Shown here: positions 63,747 through 64,000 of the stretch, piece by piece | Numbering within the stretch: the stretch's first letter is position 1 | How the letters are laid out: each line of letters opens with the position of its first letter | DNA from: Camelus ferus | Taxonomy: Eukaryota | Direction: 5' to 3' | Assembly: GCF_009834535.1 (NCBI RefSeq) | Contig: NC_045698.1 | Location: 14,944,001-15,008,000 of the forward strand | Length of the DNA stretch: 64,000 bases | The notes under the pieces: generated by a model | Database searches by the model: none | Seen by the model: the letters and a program-made list of their open reading frames with translations, nothing else | Told to the model about the DNA's origin: nothing | Position numbers and translations under genes: made by a program

Positions 63747-64000
63747 CTCTTCCATTTTTAGACTTCTTTTTGAACCAAGATCTTAATCTGCATTTTTTCC
63801 AAAATATAAAATGTTTTATGTGTTTGTTACTGAATTGCAAGGACAAGCTGAAAAAATAAAGAATTTTGGAGCTTTAGCAACAATTTTTTTGTAAAAATCT
63901 TAATGTTTCTCTTAAAAATTGCCTGTATTGCTCATTTCCCAGTTTTCCAATCTAGACAAGAGGTGTTCTGGCTGGTAATTTATCTGAGCATATTCAAGTC

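Overview
AT-rich eutherian genomic DNA that looks like a gene desert or a very large intron; it is not prokaryotic. The host is most likely a camelid cetartiodactyl: one young L1 3' end has the camelid-type terminus, a Tigger2a_Art-like MITE is present, and I see no ruminant, pig, carnivore or primate SINEs. I find no credible intact protein-coding exon, RNA gene or CRISPR array. The window is mostly decayed transposable elements: L1, L2, MIR, MaLR (including two proviruses with both LTRs), ERVL/MLT2, two ERV1-like solo LTRs and hAT/Tigger MITEs. The only recognisable host-gene sequence is an intronless 5' fragment of TATDN3 (2320-2531) fused to old L1 ORF1. The strongest unexplained structure is a gap-free 192-bp inverted duplication (51141-51332 vs 63555-63746; 9 mismatches by hand count) of apparently unique DNA bracketing about 12.2 kb. 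Other oddities are a serial templated-insertion-like scar in an MLT1C LTR, an orphan L1 5'UTR, L1 copies with an atypical 3' end or a short 3' transduction, and a p53-like triple half-site. I cannot support a new biological system from this sequence. Repeat subfamily names come from recalled consensus sequences, and their boundaries are approximate unless a TSD is given.
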